Assembly: GCA_947627725.1 (NCBI GenBank)
Contig: CANQXE010000004.1
Coordinates: 5,473-69,472, forward strand
Direction: 5' to 3'
Source of the DNA: an uncultured Clostridia bacterium
GTDB lineage: Bacteria; Bacillota; Clostridia; Oscillospirales; Acutalibacteraceae
Length of the DNA: 64,000 nt
A model generated the notes under the pieces. The model ran no database searches. It worked only from the letters and a program-made list of their open reading frames with translations, and was not told the DNA's origin. Positions 10,291 to 20,911 of this stretch are shown piece by piece (the first letter of the stretch is position 1; every line of letters starts with the position of its first letter). The translations under genes were made by a program, and so were the position numbers.

Positions 10291-10899
10291 TTATCCGAAT
10301 TCTTTATTTACACAGTGTGAAATAAGGTCTACGGTATTATCAATTCCAAGACGTGAAACATCAATCGACAAATCATATGTTGCGGCATCTCCCCATTTGT
10401 CGTCACAATAAAAATTATGAAAACGGGCTCTCTTTCTGTCCACAGCTTTAATTTCTCTCATCGCGTTTTTCTCACTGACGCCGTAAAGCTTAACAACCCT
10501 TTCACGTCTGAAATCATCATCGGCGTGTAGAAAAACTGTGAGAAGATTGGGATTTTCCCTTAAAATATAGTCTGCGCATCTGCCGACAATAATACAGCTC
10601 CCCTCAGCCGCTACCTTTCTTATTGTATCAAACTGATACTGAAAAACCTGATCCTCCAATGTGCCGTTTAAATTTGTTAATGAGGCAAAGCCGTCTGTTG
10701 AGACGCTGTAGAGAAAACTGCTCGTAGGTCTTTCATCATAAAAGGAAAAGAGGTTTTCGTCAAAACCGCTGTCCTTTGCGGCACGTTTAATTATTTCCTT
10801 ATCATAATAAGGAACCTCAAGCCTATCCGACAGCTTTGTAGCAATCTCATGAGCGCCGCAACCAAACTGTCTTCCGATTGAAATAACATAGTTTTTCAT
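10291..10899 (-). CDS. cytidylate kinase-like family protein
   Basis: ISIGRQFGCGAHEIA P-loop variant, CIIVGRCADYIL, DRKRARFHNFY, YDLSID. Confidence 0.85.
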   Translation of the reverse strand: MKNYVISIGRQFGCGAHEIATKLSDRLEVPYYDKEIIKRAAKDSGFDENLFSFYDERPTSSFLYSVSTDGFASLTNLNGTLEDQVFQYQFDTIRKVAAEGSCIIVGRCADYILRENPNLLTVFLHADDDFRRERVVKLYGVSEKNAMREIKAVDRKRARFHNFYCDDKWGDAATYDLSIDVSRLGIDNTVDLISHCVNKEFG

Positions 10900-10984
10900 A
10901 TTATAAAACCTCCTTTTTACAATTATATTTTATCATACTTCCATTTATCTTGCAATTTATTCTTTTATCAAGTACAATTAAATT

Positions 10985-13066
10985 ATGAAAAACATATTAT
11001 TCTATAACGAAAAGGCAAAACATTTTGAGGAGGCCCTGCCTGTAGGAAACGGACGCATAGGAGGTCTTGTATTCGGCAATCTTAAAAAGGAGAGGATTGC
11101 ATTAAACGAGGATACTCTTTGGTCGGGTTATCCTAAGAGCCGTAATAAAAAAAATTCATTCTTATACCTCGATGATGCCAGAAAAGCCATTTTTGAAAAG
11201 GATTACAGAAAAGCAAAGGATATTATTAACAAAGAAATGCACGGTCAATGGTCCGAGGCATATCTTCCGTTCGGAGATTTGATTATCGAGTACCGCAACG
11301 CACCGAAAAGTAATTACAGAAGAAGTCTTGATATTTCAACAGGTGTGGCAACAGTTGAAGCAACAGGATTCAAAGAAACCGTTTTTGTTTCATACCCCGC
11401 ACAGCTTATGGTTGTTAATATTCACTCTGATTCAGGAGTAAGCTTTAAGGTTAGGCTTGACAGTCAGCTATCCCATATCTGCGAGTGCATTGAGGACAGT
11501 CTTATTCTTAAAGGACGGGCGCCGGAAATATGTATGCCTCCTTATTATAATAAGGGCAAAGGCATTGTACAGGGCGGCGAAGGTATGGACTTCAGCGGTG
11601 TAGTAAAGGTGCTCGGCAACGCTGTATTCGGCAGAAATTATATTGAGGTAAAAAATCAACAGGATACCACTCTGCTGATTTCACTTGCGACCTCATTTGT
11701 TGATTTCAGATCAATGCCGACAGCAAATATAAGAGCCAAAACATTTTTCTTCTTTAAAAACACCAAATCATATGAAGCTCTGTTAACAGAGCATATAGCA
11801 GATTTTTCATCCTTGTTTAACAGGGTTGAGCTTGAGCTTGAAGGCTCGCGGGATGATATTCCTACAAATAAGCGCATAAAAATGATGATGAAAGAAGGCG
11901 GTGATAACGGACTTATCGCACTCCTTTTTCAGTACGGCAGATACCTCACAATTTCAGCATCAAGAAAAGGCACGACCGCAATGAATCTGCAGGGTATCTG
12001 GAACACGCATTTAAGAGCGCCCTGGTCATCTAACTACACAATGAATATCAACACTCAAATGAACTATTGGTGTACCGATATCGCAAATCTGTCGGAATGC
12101 TTTGAGCCGCTCCTTGACCTTGTCAAGAAGCTAAGCGTCAACGGTGTTGAAACCGCAAAGGAATATTATGACTGCTCGGGCTATTGCGCTCACCATAACA
12201 GTGATATATGGGGCATGACCTGCCCCGCGGGCTATCCCGACGGTAACGGCGACTCATCACAATATGCGCCGTGGTGCACAAGCATGCCATGGATACTGAA
12301 TCAGCTTTACGAGCATTATCTGTATACTGAGGATGAGGCGTACAAGGATAAGCTGATACCGCTTTTTAAAGGCTGTCTTGATTTTTATAAGGATTTTCTT
12401 ATTGAAAAGGACGGCAGGCTTGTCACCTGCCCGTCAATCAGTCCCGAAAATAATTTCAGGGATAAAGGGACTTCCACCGCCTTGACATATATGCCGTCAA
12501 TGGACAGAGAAATACTTTTTGATTTCTTTGAAAACTGCAGGGAATTGGGCTTTGACGCGCCGAATATTGAACAGGTCAAGCCTGCTTCTGACGGCAGAAT
12601 ACCTGAATGGGCGGAAGAATTTGCGGAAACAGACATTGAACACAGGCATCTGAGCCACCTCTACTGCATTTATCCGTCACGATTTATACAGAATGATGAA
12701 CTGAACAAAGCCGCTGAAAAATCGCTTGAAAAGCGCGGCTTCGGCGGAACAGGATGGTCACTTGGATGGAAGGTCTGCCTGTGGGCGAGGCTCAAAAACG
12801 GAGAAAACGCACTGAGGCTTATAAAGCAACAGCTAACATATATCGATCCGAAAAGCAAAATACATAAAGGCGGCGGCTCCTATCCAAATCTATTTGACGC
12901 GCATCCTCCGTTTCAGATTGACGGAAACTTTGCCGTAACGGCAGGAATCGCGGAAATGCTCAAAAACGAGGCGCTTCCAAAGGAATGGTCAGGCAGAGTA
13001 AAGGGTATAAAAACATATGGGGGAAAAGAAATATCCTATTCCTTTAAAAACGGAAAAAGAATATAA
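10985..13066 (+). CDS. GH95 alpha-1,2-L-fucosidase, no signal peptide
   Basis: [63 protein letters not shown]. Confidence 0.92.
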   Translation: MKNILFYNEKAKHFEEALPVGNGRIGGLVFGNLKKERIALNEDTLWSGYPKSRNKKNSFLYLDDARKAIFEKDYRKAKDIINKEMHGQWSEAYLPFGDLIIEYRNAPKSNYRRSLDISTGVATVEATGFKETVFVSYPAQLMVVNIHSDSGVSFKVRLDSQLSHICECIEDSLILKGRAPEICMPPYYNKGKGIVQGGEGMDFSGVVKVLGNAVFGRNYIEVKNQQDTTLLISLATSFVDFRSMPTANIRAKTFFFFKNTKSYEALLTEHIADFSSLFNRVELELEGSRDDIPTNKRIKMMMKEGGDNGLIALLFQYGRYLTISASRKGTTAMNLQGIWNTHLRAPWSSNYTMNINTQMNYWCTDIANLSECFEPLLDLVKKLSVNGVETAKEYYDCSGYCAHHNSDIWGMTCPAGYPDGNGDSSQYAPWCTSMPWILNQLYEHYLYTEDEAYKDKLIPLFKGCLDFYKDFLIEKDGRLVTCPSISPENNFRDKGTSTALTYMPSMDREILFDFFENCRELGFDAPNIEQVKPASDGRIPEWAEEFAETDIEHRHLSHLYCIYPSRFIQNDELNKAAEKSLEKRGFGGTGWSLGWKVCLWARLKNGENALRLIKQQLTYIDPKSKIHKGGGSYPNLFDAHPPFQIDGNFAVTAGIAEMLKNEALPKEWSGRVKGIKTYGGKEISYSFKNGKRI

Positions 13067-13103
13067 AAATAAGGTGTGAGTATCGGGCTCACACCTTATT
13101 TTT
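13065..13103. terminator. bidirectional intrinsic terminator
   Basis: AAAAATAAGGTGTGAG / CTCACACCTTATTTTT perfect stem. Confidence 0.85.
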
Positions 13104-13104
13104 A

Positions 13105-13941
13105 TTACAGATGATATATAATATCGTCACTCTTCCAGTTAAAGAATAAGATTCCTATAATAAGTGTTGCAACTGAAATCACCAGCGCATACACAAACAG
13201 CTTCCAGCTCATTATCTGTCCATACAGAACGCAATGCCGGAAAAGCTCAATCATTGAATAAAGAGGATTGATTTTAATAACTACCTGAATCCAGTGAGTA
13301 GTAATCGTTTTGAGATGATAAATTATCGGTACCATATAGAAAAGAAGCTGGCACATAACATCCCAGATGTATTCAACATCTCTGAAATAAACGCTCACAA
13401 CGGAAAGAATCAAACCGACACCTGTACTGAATATTAAAAGCAAAAGCATAGGCACCCAGCAAAGCAGCACATAACCATTAATTTCAAGCTTCGAGCCTCC
13501 GCTGATTCCCGTCAGCTTAAAGAATATCCACACTGATATAAGGCACAGCAGAGATATTGCAAAGGTAACAAAATTGCTGAAAATCGCTGACAGAGGATAC
13601 ATATATTTAGGCACATAAACTTTTTTAATGATAGCCTGATTTCTTCTGAAAGAGGACAGCGCCTGCTTTGTTGACGAAGTAAAAAAGCTGAACAGAAGCC
13701 TTCCTGTAAAAAGATAAACGGGATAACATATGAACAGGTCGTTTTTCTTGCCGAATATTCCGCCGAACACAACGGACAAAACTATCATATTCAAAAGCGG
13801 TTGTAAAAAGCTCCACAAAATTCCGAGCCAGGAGTTACGGTATTTAAGCTTAACATTTTTAACAGTAAGCTCCTTTAAAAGATTTTTATACTTTTGAAAC
13901 ATCTCAACATCATGGTTAAGAGTCTTATTTTTTATTCCCAC
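13105..13941 (-). CDS. ABC-2 polysaccharide/teichoic acid exporter permease (Wzm/TagG family)
   Basis: KLKYRNSWLGILWSFLQPLL, YFRDVEYIW, INPLYSMIELFR. Confidence 0.9.
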   Translation of the reverse strand: MGIKNKTLNHDVEMFQKYKNLLKELTVKNVKLKYRNSWLGILWSFLQPLLNMIVLSVVFGGIFGKKNDLFICYPVYLFTGRLLFSFFTSSTKQALSSFRRNQAIIKKVYVPKYMYPLSAIFSNFVTFAISLLCLISVWIFFKLTGISGGSKLEINGYVLLCWVPMLLLLIFSTGVGLILSVVSVYFRDVEYIWDVMCQLLFYMVPIIYHLKTITTHWIQVVIKINPLYSMIELFRHCVLYGQIMSWKLFVYALVISVATLIIGILFFNWKSDDIIYHL

Positions 13942-14011
13942 AAAAGCACCTCTTTTGCTTTTAACAAATTATAACCCGCATATTATAACATATAAGATAT
14001 TTTTTTTCAAC

Positions 14012-14503
14012 TTATCTGAATATATCCGCAATATCAAGCGCGGTTTTCCTCGCTGACATATTGCCGTCAATCACATAATCAGCGGCGCTTAAATACTTTG
14101 ATTTTCGCTCGTCATAAAGAGCCTTTGCCTTTTCCCTATCCTGAAAAAGCGGTCTTGTTTTTGAATTTCCTATGCGCCGGCATATAACATCAAAATCGGC
14201 GTCAAGAAAAACAATTTTTCCGTTTTGCTTTAACGCGTCAACATTTCTTTGAAAGGTAAGGGCTCCCCCGCCCGTGGACACAACACAGTTTTTCATATCT
14301 GAAATGCTCTTACAGCATTCAAACTCCAAATCTCGAAAATACGCCTCGCCGTGAATGGTGAATATAGCCTTAATGGCTATACCCTGCTCATTTTCAATCA
14401 TCTCGTCTGTATCTATAAATTTTCTGCCCATTATTTTGGCAAGCTCCAAACCAACAGTTGTTTTTCCGCTTCCCATAAATCCGCAAAGAATAATATTCAT
14501 CAC
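14012..14503 (-). CDS. aroK: shikimate kinase
   Basis: GFMGSGKTTVG, FIDTD, GEAYFRDLE, STGGG, RPL. Confidence 0.95.
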   Translation of the reverse strand: MMNIILCGFMGSGKTTVGLELAKIMGRKFIDTDEMIENEQGIAIKAIFTIHGEAYFRDLEFECCKSISDMKNCVVSTGGGALTFQRNVDALKQNGKIVFLDADFDVICRRIGNSKTRPLFQDREKAKALYDERKSKYLSAADYVIDGNMSARKTALDIADIFR

Positions 14504-15327
14504 TTTTTCATTTCTCTTTCTGTAATCTCGATAACTTTCCTAACCTGCTCCATAGTGAATTTGACACCGAGCCAAATTTCCTGAGCAACAGCCGCCTGCC
14601 ACACAAGCATGGGCAAACCGTTTGAAAATTTTGCTCCCGCCTCTCCCGCGTATTTTAAAAGCAGGGTTTCCATAGGATTATATATTGCGTCAAATACAGC
14701 CTTGCAGCGCTCTACCTTTTCTCTTGGCAATACACAGGCGTTAACATTGGGGAACATTCCGACAGGCGTTCCGTTAATAAGAACATCGTATTCGCCCGTC
14801 ACCTTATCAAGAATTATGACCTCAATCGTTTTATCAAGCTTTTGCGCGATTTCATTTTTTATCTGATTTGCCGCGTCAACATCTGCTTTACGAACGGCGA
14901 TTGTAAGCGAAGCTCCCGCAAGCACGCTTTCAAACGCAAACATTCTTGAAACGCCGCCGCTGCCGCACAGAAGAACATCCCCCTTAAGCTCAATGCCCGC
15001 CATTTCGAGCGCGCGAAGAAAGCCGAAACAGTCAGTATTATAGCCTGTTAAAACACCACACTTATTATCAACAGTATTAACCGCTCCGAAAAGCTCCGCT
15101 CTTTCTGAAAGCTCATCAAGGAAAGGAATAATGCTCGTTTTATGAGGAATCGTTACATTAAAGCCTCTGAATTTTTTCAGCGCATCTATTCCCTGTGAAA
15201 AGTTGTCCGGATTAATTTCCTTAAGCTCGTATGAAGCGTTTATCCCGTTAATTTTAAAAAGCTCCCTATGTATTACCGGTGACATTGAATGTCCGAGTGG
15301 ATAGCCTGTAAGTCCGAATTTTTCCAT
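14500..15327 (-). CDS. aroE: shikimate dehydrogenase
   Basis: HSMSPVIH, GFNVTIPHK, GAVNT, GYNTDCFGF, NGLPMLVWQA. Confidence 0.95.
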   Translation of the reverse strand: MEKFGLTGYPLGHSMSPVIHRELFKINGINASYELKEINPDNFSQGIDALKKFRGFNVTIPHKTSIIPFLDELSERAELFGAVNTVDNKCGVLTGYNTDCFGFLRALEMAGIELKGDVLLCGSGGVSRMFAFESVLAGASLTIAVRKADVDAANQIKNEIAQKLDKTIEVIILDKVTGEYDVLINGTPVGMFPNVNACVLPREKVERCKAVFDAIYNPMETLLLKYAGEAGAKFSNGLPMLVWQAAVAQEIWLGVKFTMEQVRKVIEITEREMKK

Positions 15328-15424
15328 TTATCTTACCTCTGTAAAAAATTTTATTGACAATTGAATAGGAATTATATAATATGATAATAACATAACATAT
15401 TAACATTAACAACTACTTTTTGGG

Positions 15425-15664
15425 GTGAAAATTATTATGGTATTTGAAAAAATTAAAACTATTCTTTCCGAACAGCTTGATATTGACGAGGACAGTATAA
15501 CTGCCGAAAGCCTTATTGTTGAGGATTTAGGCGCTGACAGTCTGGACGCGATAGACATTGTTATGTCTGTTGAGGACGAATTCGGTATTGAGGTTCCTGA
15601 TGAAATTATTGAGAAAATGGAAAGCGTAAACGATATAATAACTTACGTTGAAAACAATATATAA
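15425..15664 (+). CDS. acpP: acyl carrier protein (start possibly at 15437)
   Basis: DLGADSLDAIDIVMSVEDEFG with phosphopantetheine Ser. Confidence 0.95.
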   Translation: MKIIMVFEKIKTILSEQLDIDEDSITAESLIVEDLGADSLDAIDIVMSVEDEFGIEVPDEIIEKMESVNDIITYVENNI

Positions 15665-15714
15665 AAAATTTGCAACTAAGTATACATTGTCATAATCAAA
15701 AGTACCATACGTCA

Positions 15715-15743
15715 TTGACTTTAAAAAATAAATAAAGTAAAAT
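15715..15743 (+). promoter_or_regulatory. sigmaA-type promoter upstream of glpK
   Basis: TTGACT-17 nt-TAAAAT. Confidence 0.55.
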
Positions 15744-15836
15744 AAAAGCAGGTATAATAATACCTGCTTTTATTATTTAAAAAAGATGAAAAAGCCGCCT
15801 GTTAATATCGGCGGCACTTTGAGAGGGGTAATCCGT

Positions 15837-17339
15837 ATGTCTGAAAAATATATTATGGCTCTGGATCAGGGAACAACATCCTCACGCGCTATTATATTTA
15901 ACAAGAAGGGTGAAATCATTGCAAAGGCACAGAATGAATTTACCCAGTATTATCCTGAAAACGGCTGGGTTGAGCATGACCCTATGGAAATTTTATTTTC
16001 ACAAATCAGCGCTATTTTGTCCTGTCTGAGACTTGAAAAGGTGAATCCTAAGGATATTGCCGGAATCGGGATAACCAATCAGAGAGAAACTACAATCGTA
16101 TGGGATAAGGAAACGGGAAAGCCCGTCTGCAACGCTATTGTATGGCAATGCCGCAGAACTGCGAAATATTGCGAGGAGCTTAAAGCGGAGGGACTCAGCG
16201 ACTATATTAAAGAAACTACCGGTCTTCTGATTGACGCATATTTCAGCGCTACAAAAATAAAATGGATTCTTGACAATGTTGAGGGCGCAAGAGAAAGAGC
16301 TGAAAGGGGCGAGCTTCTCTTCGGTACGGTTGACACCTGGCTTATATGGAATTTGACAAACGGCAAGGTTCACGTAACCGATTATTCAAACGCCTGCCGG
16401 ACAATGCTTTTTGATATCGACAAGCTTTGCTGGGATCCGTTTCTTTGTGAAAAGCTCGGTATACCTATGAGCATGCTGCCCGAGGTTAAACCGTCAAGCT
16501 GTATTTACGGTGAGACAGCAAAAATCACAGGCATTGAGGATATTGCAGGCGTTCCGATAGCAGGTGCAATCGGCGATCAGCCCGGTGCATTATTCGGTCA
16601 GGGCTGCTTTAATGTCGGTCAGGCAAAAAACACCTACGGCACAGGCTGCTTCCTTTTAATGAACACCGGCAACAAGCGAGTAAACTCCCGTTCAAATCTT
16701 CTTTCAGGAATTGCCTGGGGTATCGGCGATAAAATAACATACGCACTGGAAGGCTCCGCTTTCAATGCAGGTTCGGTTATCAAATGGCTCAGGGATGAGC
16801 TTGAGCTTATTCATTCGGCGCCTGAATGCGATGAGCTTGCGGCAGAGGTCGAGGATTCAAACGGTCTTTATTTCGTACCTGCCTTTACGGGTCTCGGAGC
16901 TCCGTACTGGGATATGTACGCAAGAGGTATTATGATAGGACTTACACGCGGTATTAACAAAAAACACATTTGCCGCGCGGTTCTGGAAAGCATTACATAT
17001 CAAATGACCGATTTGCTTGAGGCAATGATGAGCGATTCGGATATTATTCTTAAAGACCTGAGAGTTGACGGCGGCGCGTCGGTATCCGACATTATGATGC
17101 AGATTCAGGCTGATATGACAGGCGCCGCGGTCAACAGACCTAAAAATATTGAGACAACCGCTTTAGGCGCCGCATACTGTGCGGGGCTTGCAACAGGCGT
17201 CTGGGAAAGTATGGAAGAAATTGAGGCAAACCGTCAGGTTGACAGGATATTCATTCCCTCTATGGAGGAATCATTGAGAAATAAAAAATATTCCGACTGG
17301 AAGCGCGCGGTTGAACGCTCCCGCAACTGGGCGGGATAA
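15837..17339 (+). CDS. glpK: glycerol kinase
   Basis: [51 protein letters not shown]; start after GAGAGGGG. Confidence 0.96.
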   Translation: MSEKYIMALDQGTTSSRAIIFNKKGEIIAKAQNEFTQYYPENGWVEHDPMEILFSQISAILSCLRLEKVNPKDIAGIGITNQRETTIVWDKETGKPVCNAIVWQCRRTAKYCEELKAEGLSDYIKETTGLLIDAYFSATKIKWILDNVEGARERAERGELLFGTVDTWLIWNLTNGKVHVTDYSNACRTMLFDIDKLCWDPFLCEKLGIPMSMLPEVKPSSCIYGETAKITGIEDIAGVPIAGAIGDQPGALFGQGCFNVGQAKNTYGTGCFLLMNTGNKRVNSRSNLLSGIAWGIGDKITYALEGSAFNAGSVIKWLRDELELIHSAPECDELAAEVEDSNGLYFVPAFTGLGAPYWDMYARGIMIGLTRGINKKHICRAVLESITYQMTDLLEAMMSDSDIILKDLRVDGGASVSDIMMQIQADMTGAAVNRPKNIETTALGAAYCAGLATGVWESMEEIEANRQVDRIFIPSMEESLRNKKYSDWKRAVERSRNWAG

Positions 17340-17363
17340 TAAAATACAAAGGAGTTTGGTTTT

Positions 17364-18473
17364 ATGGGTAAGGTAGTATGTCCATGGGATTTAATTACAG
17401 ACTTTGTAACCGATGCATTTATCGGCTACGGTATACCCGCAGAGGATGCAAAAATCTGTACGGATGTTTTGCTTGAATCTGACAGACGCGGTATTGAAAG
17501 CCACGGCTGCAACAGATTTAAACCAATTTATCTTGACAGAATCAAGGCAGGGATTCAAAATCCCGTAACGCATTTTGAAATCATTAAAGAAACACCGACA
17601 ACGGCTGTTGTTGACGGTCACAACGGTATGGGGCAGGTTATCGGTTACAAGTCAATGCAAATGGCGATTGACAAGGCTAAGAAATACGGCATGGGTATGG
17701 TTGCCGTACGCAACTCCTGCCATTACGGTATCGCGGGATACTATGCAACAATGGCCGCAAAGCAGGGATGTATAGGTATTACCGGTACAAATGCCAGACC
17801 TTCGGTTGCCCCGACCTTCGGCGTTGACGGTATGTTCGGCACAAATCCACTGACAATCGGCATACCTACAGATGAAGAGTTTGATTTTGTTATTGACTGC
17901 GCTACATCAATCACTCAAAACGGTAAAATTGAATACTATGAAAGAATCGGTGAGGACGTTCATCCCGGAACAATCATCGGAAGAAACGGTCAGCCGATTG
18001 AAGGAGATTCAGGCGTTGCCCTTAAAAAAATTCGTCAGGGAGAGGCTGCTCTTACTACTCTTGGTGGTATCGGAGAGGCTCTCGGCGGATATAAGGGCTA
18101 CGGATACGCGATGGTGATTGAGTTGCTTTCGGCAATTCTTCAGGACGGGAGCTACGGAAAAGCCCTTGACGGAAAAGATGAAAACGGAAATATCAGACCT
18201 TATCATCTCGGTCATTTCTTCATAGCGATTGACACGGACCACTTCCTCGGCGAAGAACTCGCAAGGAAAAAGGCAGGAGAAATTATACGTTCAGTCCGTA
18301 ATTCCGCAAAGGCTCCGGGCTGTGAAAGAATTTATACTGCCGGCGAAAAGGAATGGGATATATGGCAGGAAAGAAAGGACAGCGGAGTTCCGATTAATGA
18401 GTCTGTTCAAAAGGAAATTCTCGCAGTTCGTGACGAGCTCGATCTTACACAGTATAAATTCCCTTGGGAATAA
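17364..18473 (+). CDS. Ldh_2-family (type 2 malate/lactate/sulfolactate) dehydrogenase
   Basis: RGIESHG, DGHNGMGQ, VRNSCHYG, FGTNP, GYKGYG. Confidence 0.85.
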   Translation: MGKVVCPWDLITDFVTDAFIGYGIPAEDAKICTDVLLESDRRGIESHGCNRFKPIYLDRIKAGIQNPVTHFEIIKETPTTAVVDGHNGMGQVIGYKSMQMAIDKAKKYGMGMVAVRNSCHYGIAGYYATMAAKQGCIGITGTNARPSVAPTFGVDGMFGTNPLTIGIPTDEEFDFVIDCATSITQNGKIEYYERIGEDVHPGTIIGRNGQPIEGDSGVALKKIRQGEAALTTLGGIGEALGGYKGYGYAMVIELLSAILQDGSYGKALDGKDENGNIRPYHLGHFFIAIDTDHFLGEELARKKAGEIIRSVRNSAKAPGCERIYTAGEKEWDIWQERKDSGVPINESVQKEILAVRDELDLTQYKFPWE

Positions 18474-18503
18474 CAATTAAAAATTAGCAGAGGTATTTGT
18501 ATA

Positions 18504-19676
18504 ATGGATTATCGTAAGGAATCATTAAAGCTTCACGGTGAATGGAAGGGCAAGCTGGAGGTAACAGCCAGAGCCAAAGTCAATGACAAGGACTCTCTTT
18601 CTCTCGCATACACTCCGGGTGTCGCTGAGCCGTGTCTTGCTATTCAGAAGGATTATAAAAAAAGCTGGGAGCTTACCCGCCGCTGGAATATGGTTGCCGT
18701 TATCACGGACGGTACAGCCGTACTCGGTCTGGGTGACATAGGTCCCGAGGCAGGTATGCCCGTAATGGAGGGAAAATGCGTACTGTTCAAGGAATTCGGT
18801 GATGTTGACGCATTTCCGCTTTGTGTACGCACAAAAAATGTTGATGAATTTGTTGAAACCGTTTACAACATCAGCGGTTCCTTCGGAGGAATAAATCTTG
18901 AGGATATTGCCGCTCCGCGATGCTTTGAAATTGAGGAAAAGCTCAAGGAAAGATGCGATATTCCTATTTTCCACGACGACCAGCACGGAACAGCCGTTGT
19001 CGTTTCCGCCGCATTGATAAATGCCACAAAGCTGACAGGCAAAGCGCTTTCGGACTGTAAAGCTGTTATCAATGGCTCTGGCGCCGCCGGAATTGCTATT
19101 GCAAAGCTGCTTATGACGCTCGGTCTGCGTGATGTTATACTTTGTGACAGAACAGGCGCTATTTATGAGGGCAGAGAAAACCTCAATTCCTCAAAAGAAA
19201 ATATTGCAAAGGTCACCAACAGAGAAATGACCAAGGGAACGCTTGCCGACGCGGTTAAAAATACGGATATTTTTATCGGCGTATCCGCTCCGGGTGTGCT
19301 TACCCAGGATATGATTAAAACAATGAACAGTGACCCGATTGTTCTTGCTATGGCTAATCCGACACCTGAAATTATGCCCGATGAGGCAAAAGCGGCAGGG
19401 GCTAAAATTGTGGGAACGGGACGCTCAGACTTCCCGAATCAAATCAACAATGTTGTTGCTTTCCCCGGTATCTTCCGCGGCGCATTGGATGTAAGAGCAA
19501 GCGCTATTACGGAAAATATGAAAATAGCCGCCGCCTATGCGATTGCATCGCTTGTTGATGAGGACCGTCTTACACCTGACTATATTCTTCCATATGCATT
19601 TGATGAAAGAATTAAGGATACTGTTGCCAAGGCTGTTGCCGACGCCGCAGTTAAGGACGGCGTTTCCCGCTTATAG
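18504..19676 (+). CDS. NAD(P)-dependent malic enzyme (short form)
   Basis: AYTPGVAEPC, TDGTAVLGLG, PVMEGK, NLEDI, FHDDQHGT, ANPTPE, GRSDFPNQINN. Confidence 0.93.
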   Translation: MDYRKESLKLHGEWKGKLEVTARAKVNDKDSLSLAYTPGVAEPCLAIQKDYKKSWELTRRWNMVAVITDGTAVLGLGDIGPEAGMPVMEGKCVLFKEFGDVDAFPLCVRTKNVDEFVETVYNISGSFGGINLEDIAAPRCFEIEEKLKERCDIPIFHDDQHGTAVVVSAALINATKLTGKALSDCKAVINGSGAAGIAIAKLLMTLGLRDVILCDRTGAIYEGRENLNSSKENIAKVTNREMTKGTLADAVKNTDIFIGVSAPGVLTQDMIKTMNSDPIVLAMANPTPEIMPDEAKAAGAKIVGTGRSDFPNQINNVVAFPGIFRGALDVRASAITENMKIAAAYAIASLVDEDRLTPDYILPYAFDERIKDTVAKAVADAAVKDGVSRL

Positions 19677-19700
19677 ATTTTACCAATATAAATAAGTATT

Positions 19701-19744
19701 ACGACAAAACCACCTTGTTTGGATAAACAGGGTGGTTTTGTCGT
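19701..19744. terminator. intrinsic terminator of glpK-ldh-mae
   Basis: ACGACAAAACCACC..GGTGGTTTTGTCGT long stem. Confidence 0.8.
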
Positions 19745-19894
19745 TTCTTGCTTATTAATTTACTTATATAGAATATGCAATTTGGAAATAAATACAAATA
19801 ATCAAGCTATTCTCTTACGATAATAGACAGAGGTTTGAAAAATATTAATTTTTTGTCAAGAGAATCAGCAAATTTTCGTTAAATTGTAACAAAT

Positions 19895-19911
19895 ATTACA
19901 AAAATGTTACA
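19895..19911 (-). promoter_or_regulatory. putative WalR/OmpR-family direct-repeat box
   Basis: Minus strand reads TGTAAC-ATTTT-TGTAAT; upstream of a CHAP hydrolase. Confidence 0.5.
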
Positions 19912-20026
19912 AAATGATTGTTGAGCATTGCCATAGATTACGAAACAGCATTTATGATAAAATGCACCATATCTCAAGCAAATGGTATTATTTTTCTGTA
20001 AAAAACCGTTTGTTGCAGGAGGATTT

Positions 20027-20674
20027 ATGAAAAAGATATTTAAAAACAGCATTGTAACCTTTTTGTTAACTTTTATTGTTTTAGCCGTATTTCCGACAAC
20101 AGCATTCGCGCAGGAATTTGAGCCAAGACTGACTGCCCCACAGGGTGAGCCGTACTATACAAGTGAGCTGAACGCCTATTCGCAGACGGGCTACGGTATG
20201 CCGAACTGCGTTGCATATGCCTTTGGAAGAATTTATGAGCTTAACGGTGAAAGACCGCTTATCGACCACGGCAACGCGGGCGAATGGTGGTTCATCAACA
20301 AATCAAACAGTTATTATGATTACGGCAGCGAGCCTAAGCTCGGAGCAATCGCCTGCTGGTCGGGACACGTTGCGGTTGTGGAGGATATTGCAAAAGACGG
20401 AGCCATAACCGTTTCGGAGTCACATTGGGGTGGTAATTACTTCAACACAAATACTTATTATGATATGTCCTCTCACTACGGTCAGTATTTTTACGGCTAC
20501 ATCTACGCGTACAATGAGCCTGCGGAGGAAGAAGATCCGAAGCCTCAGGGCGCGTATAAAATGGAGGAGCAATATTTTGAGCCACAGGAAATGACTTGCT
20601 TTACCGCTCTTGAATTTTCACAGAGCAGCAACACAATTATGAATCCAAAAATAAATTATCTGCTGAACAAATAA
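20027..20674 (+). CDS. secreted CHAP-domain peptidoglycan hydrolase
   Basis: Signal peptide ending AFA; PNCVAYAFGR (Cys), GNAGEW, GHVAVVE (His), SESHW; start after GGAGGA. Confidence 0.88.
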   Translation: MKKIFKNSIVTFLLTFIVLAVFPTTAFAQEFEPRLTAPQGEPYYTSELNAYSQTGYGMPNCVAYAFGRIYELNGERPLIDHGNAGEWWFINKSNSYYDYGSEPKLGAIACWSGHVAVVEDIAKDGAITVSESHWGGNYFNTNTYYDMSSHYGQYFYGYIYAYNEPAEEEDPKPQGAYKMEEQYFEPQEMTCFTALEFSQSSNTIMNPKINYLLNK

Positions 20675-20693
20675 AAAGTATATATAAAAATTT

Positions 20694-20766
20694 AACCCTA
20701 AATCTATCTCGGATTTAGGGTTTTTCTACAGACTGGAATGCAGCGTCCTGACGGCGCTGCATTTTT
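20694..20766 (+). terminator. tandem terminator hairpins after CHAP gene
   Basis: AACCCTAAATC/GATTTAGGGTT+T-tract, then ATGCAGCGTC/GGCGCTGCAT+T-tract. Confidence 0.7.
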
Positions 20767-20813
20767 AATTTATTTCCAAAAGATGAATTTTTTACGTTTT
20801 TAGGAAAAAACTA

Positions 20814-20842
20814 TTGACAAATCATAAAAATGGATATACTAT
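20814..20842 (+). promoter_or_regulatory. sigmaA promoter of the hrcA operon
   Basis: TTGACA at 20814, then 17 nt to TACTAT (or 15 nt to TATACT). Confidence 0.7.
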
Positions 20843-20852
20843 TATAGCAGGA

Positions 20853-20879
20853 TTAGCACTCGGGTACTTAGAGTGCTAA
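20853..20879. promoter_or_regulatory. CIRCE operator (HrcA site)
   Basis: Perfect TTAGCACTC-N9-GAGTGCTAA directly upstream of hrcA. Confidence 0.98.
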
Positions 20880-20911
20880 TGCATAGGCAGCACAGAAGAG
20901 GTGTGGAAAGG

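Noticed and set aside
19871-19885. CodY-like AATTTTCGTTAAATT
   Set aside because: Three mismatches in the core, in AT-rich DNA; too weak to call
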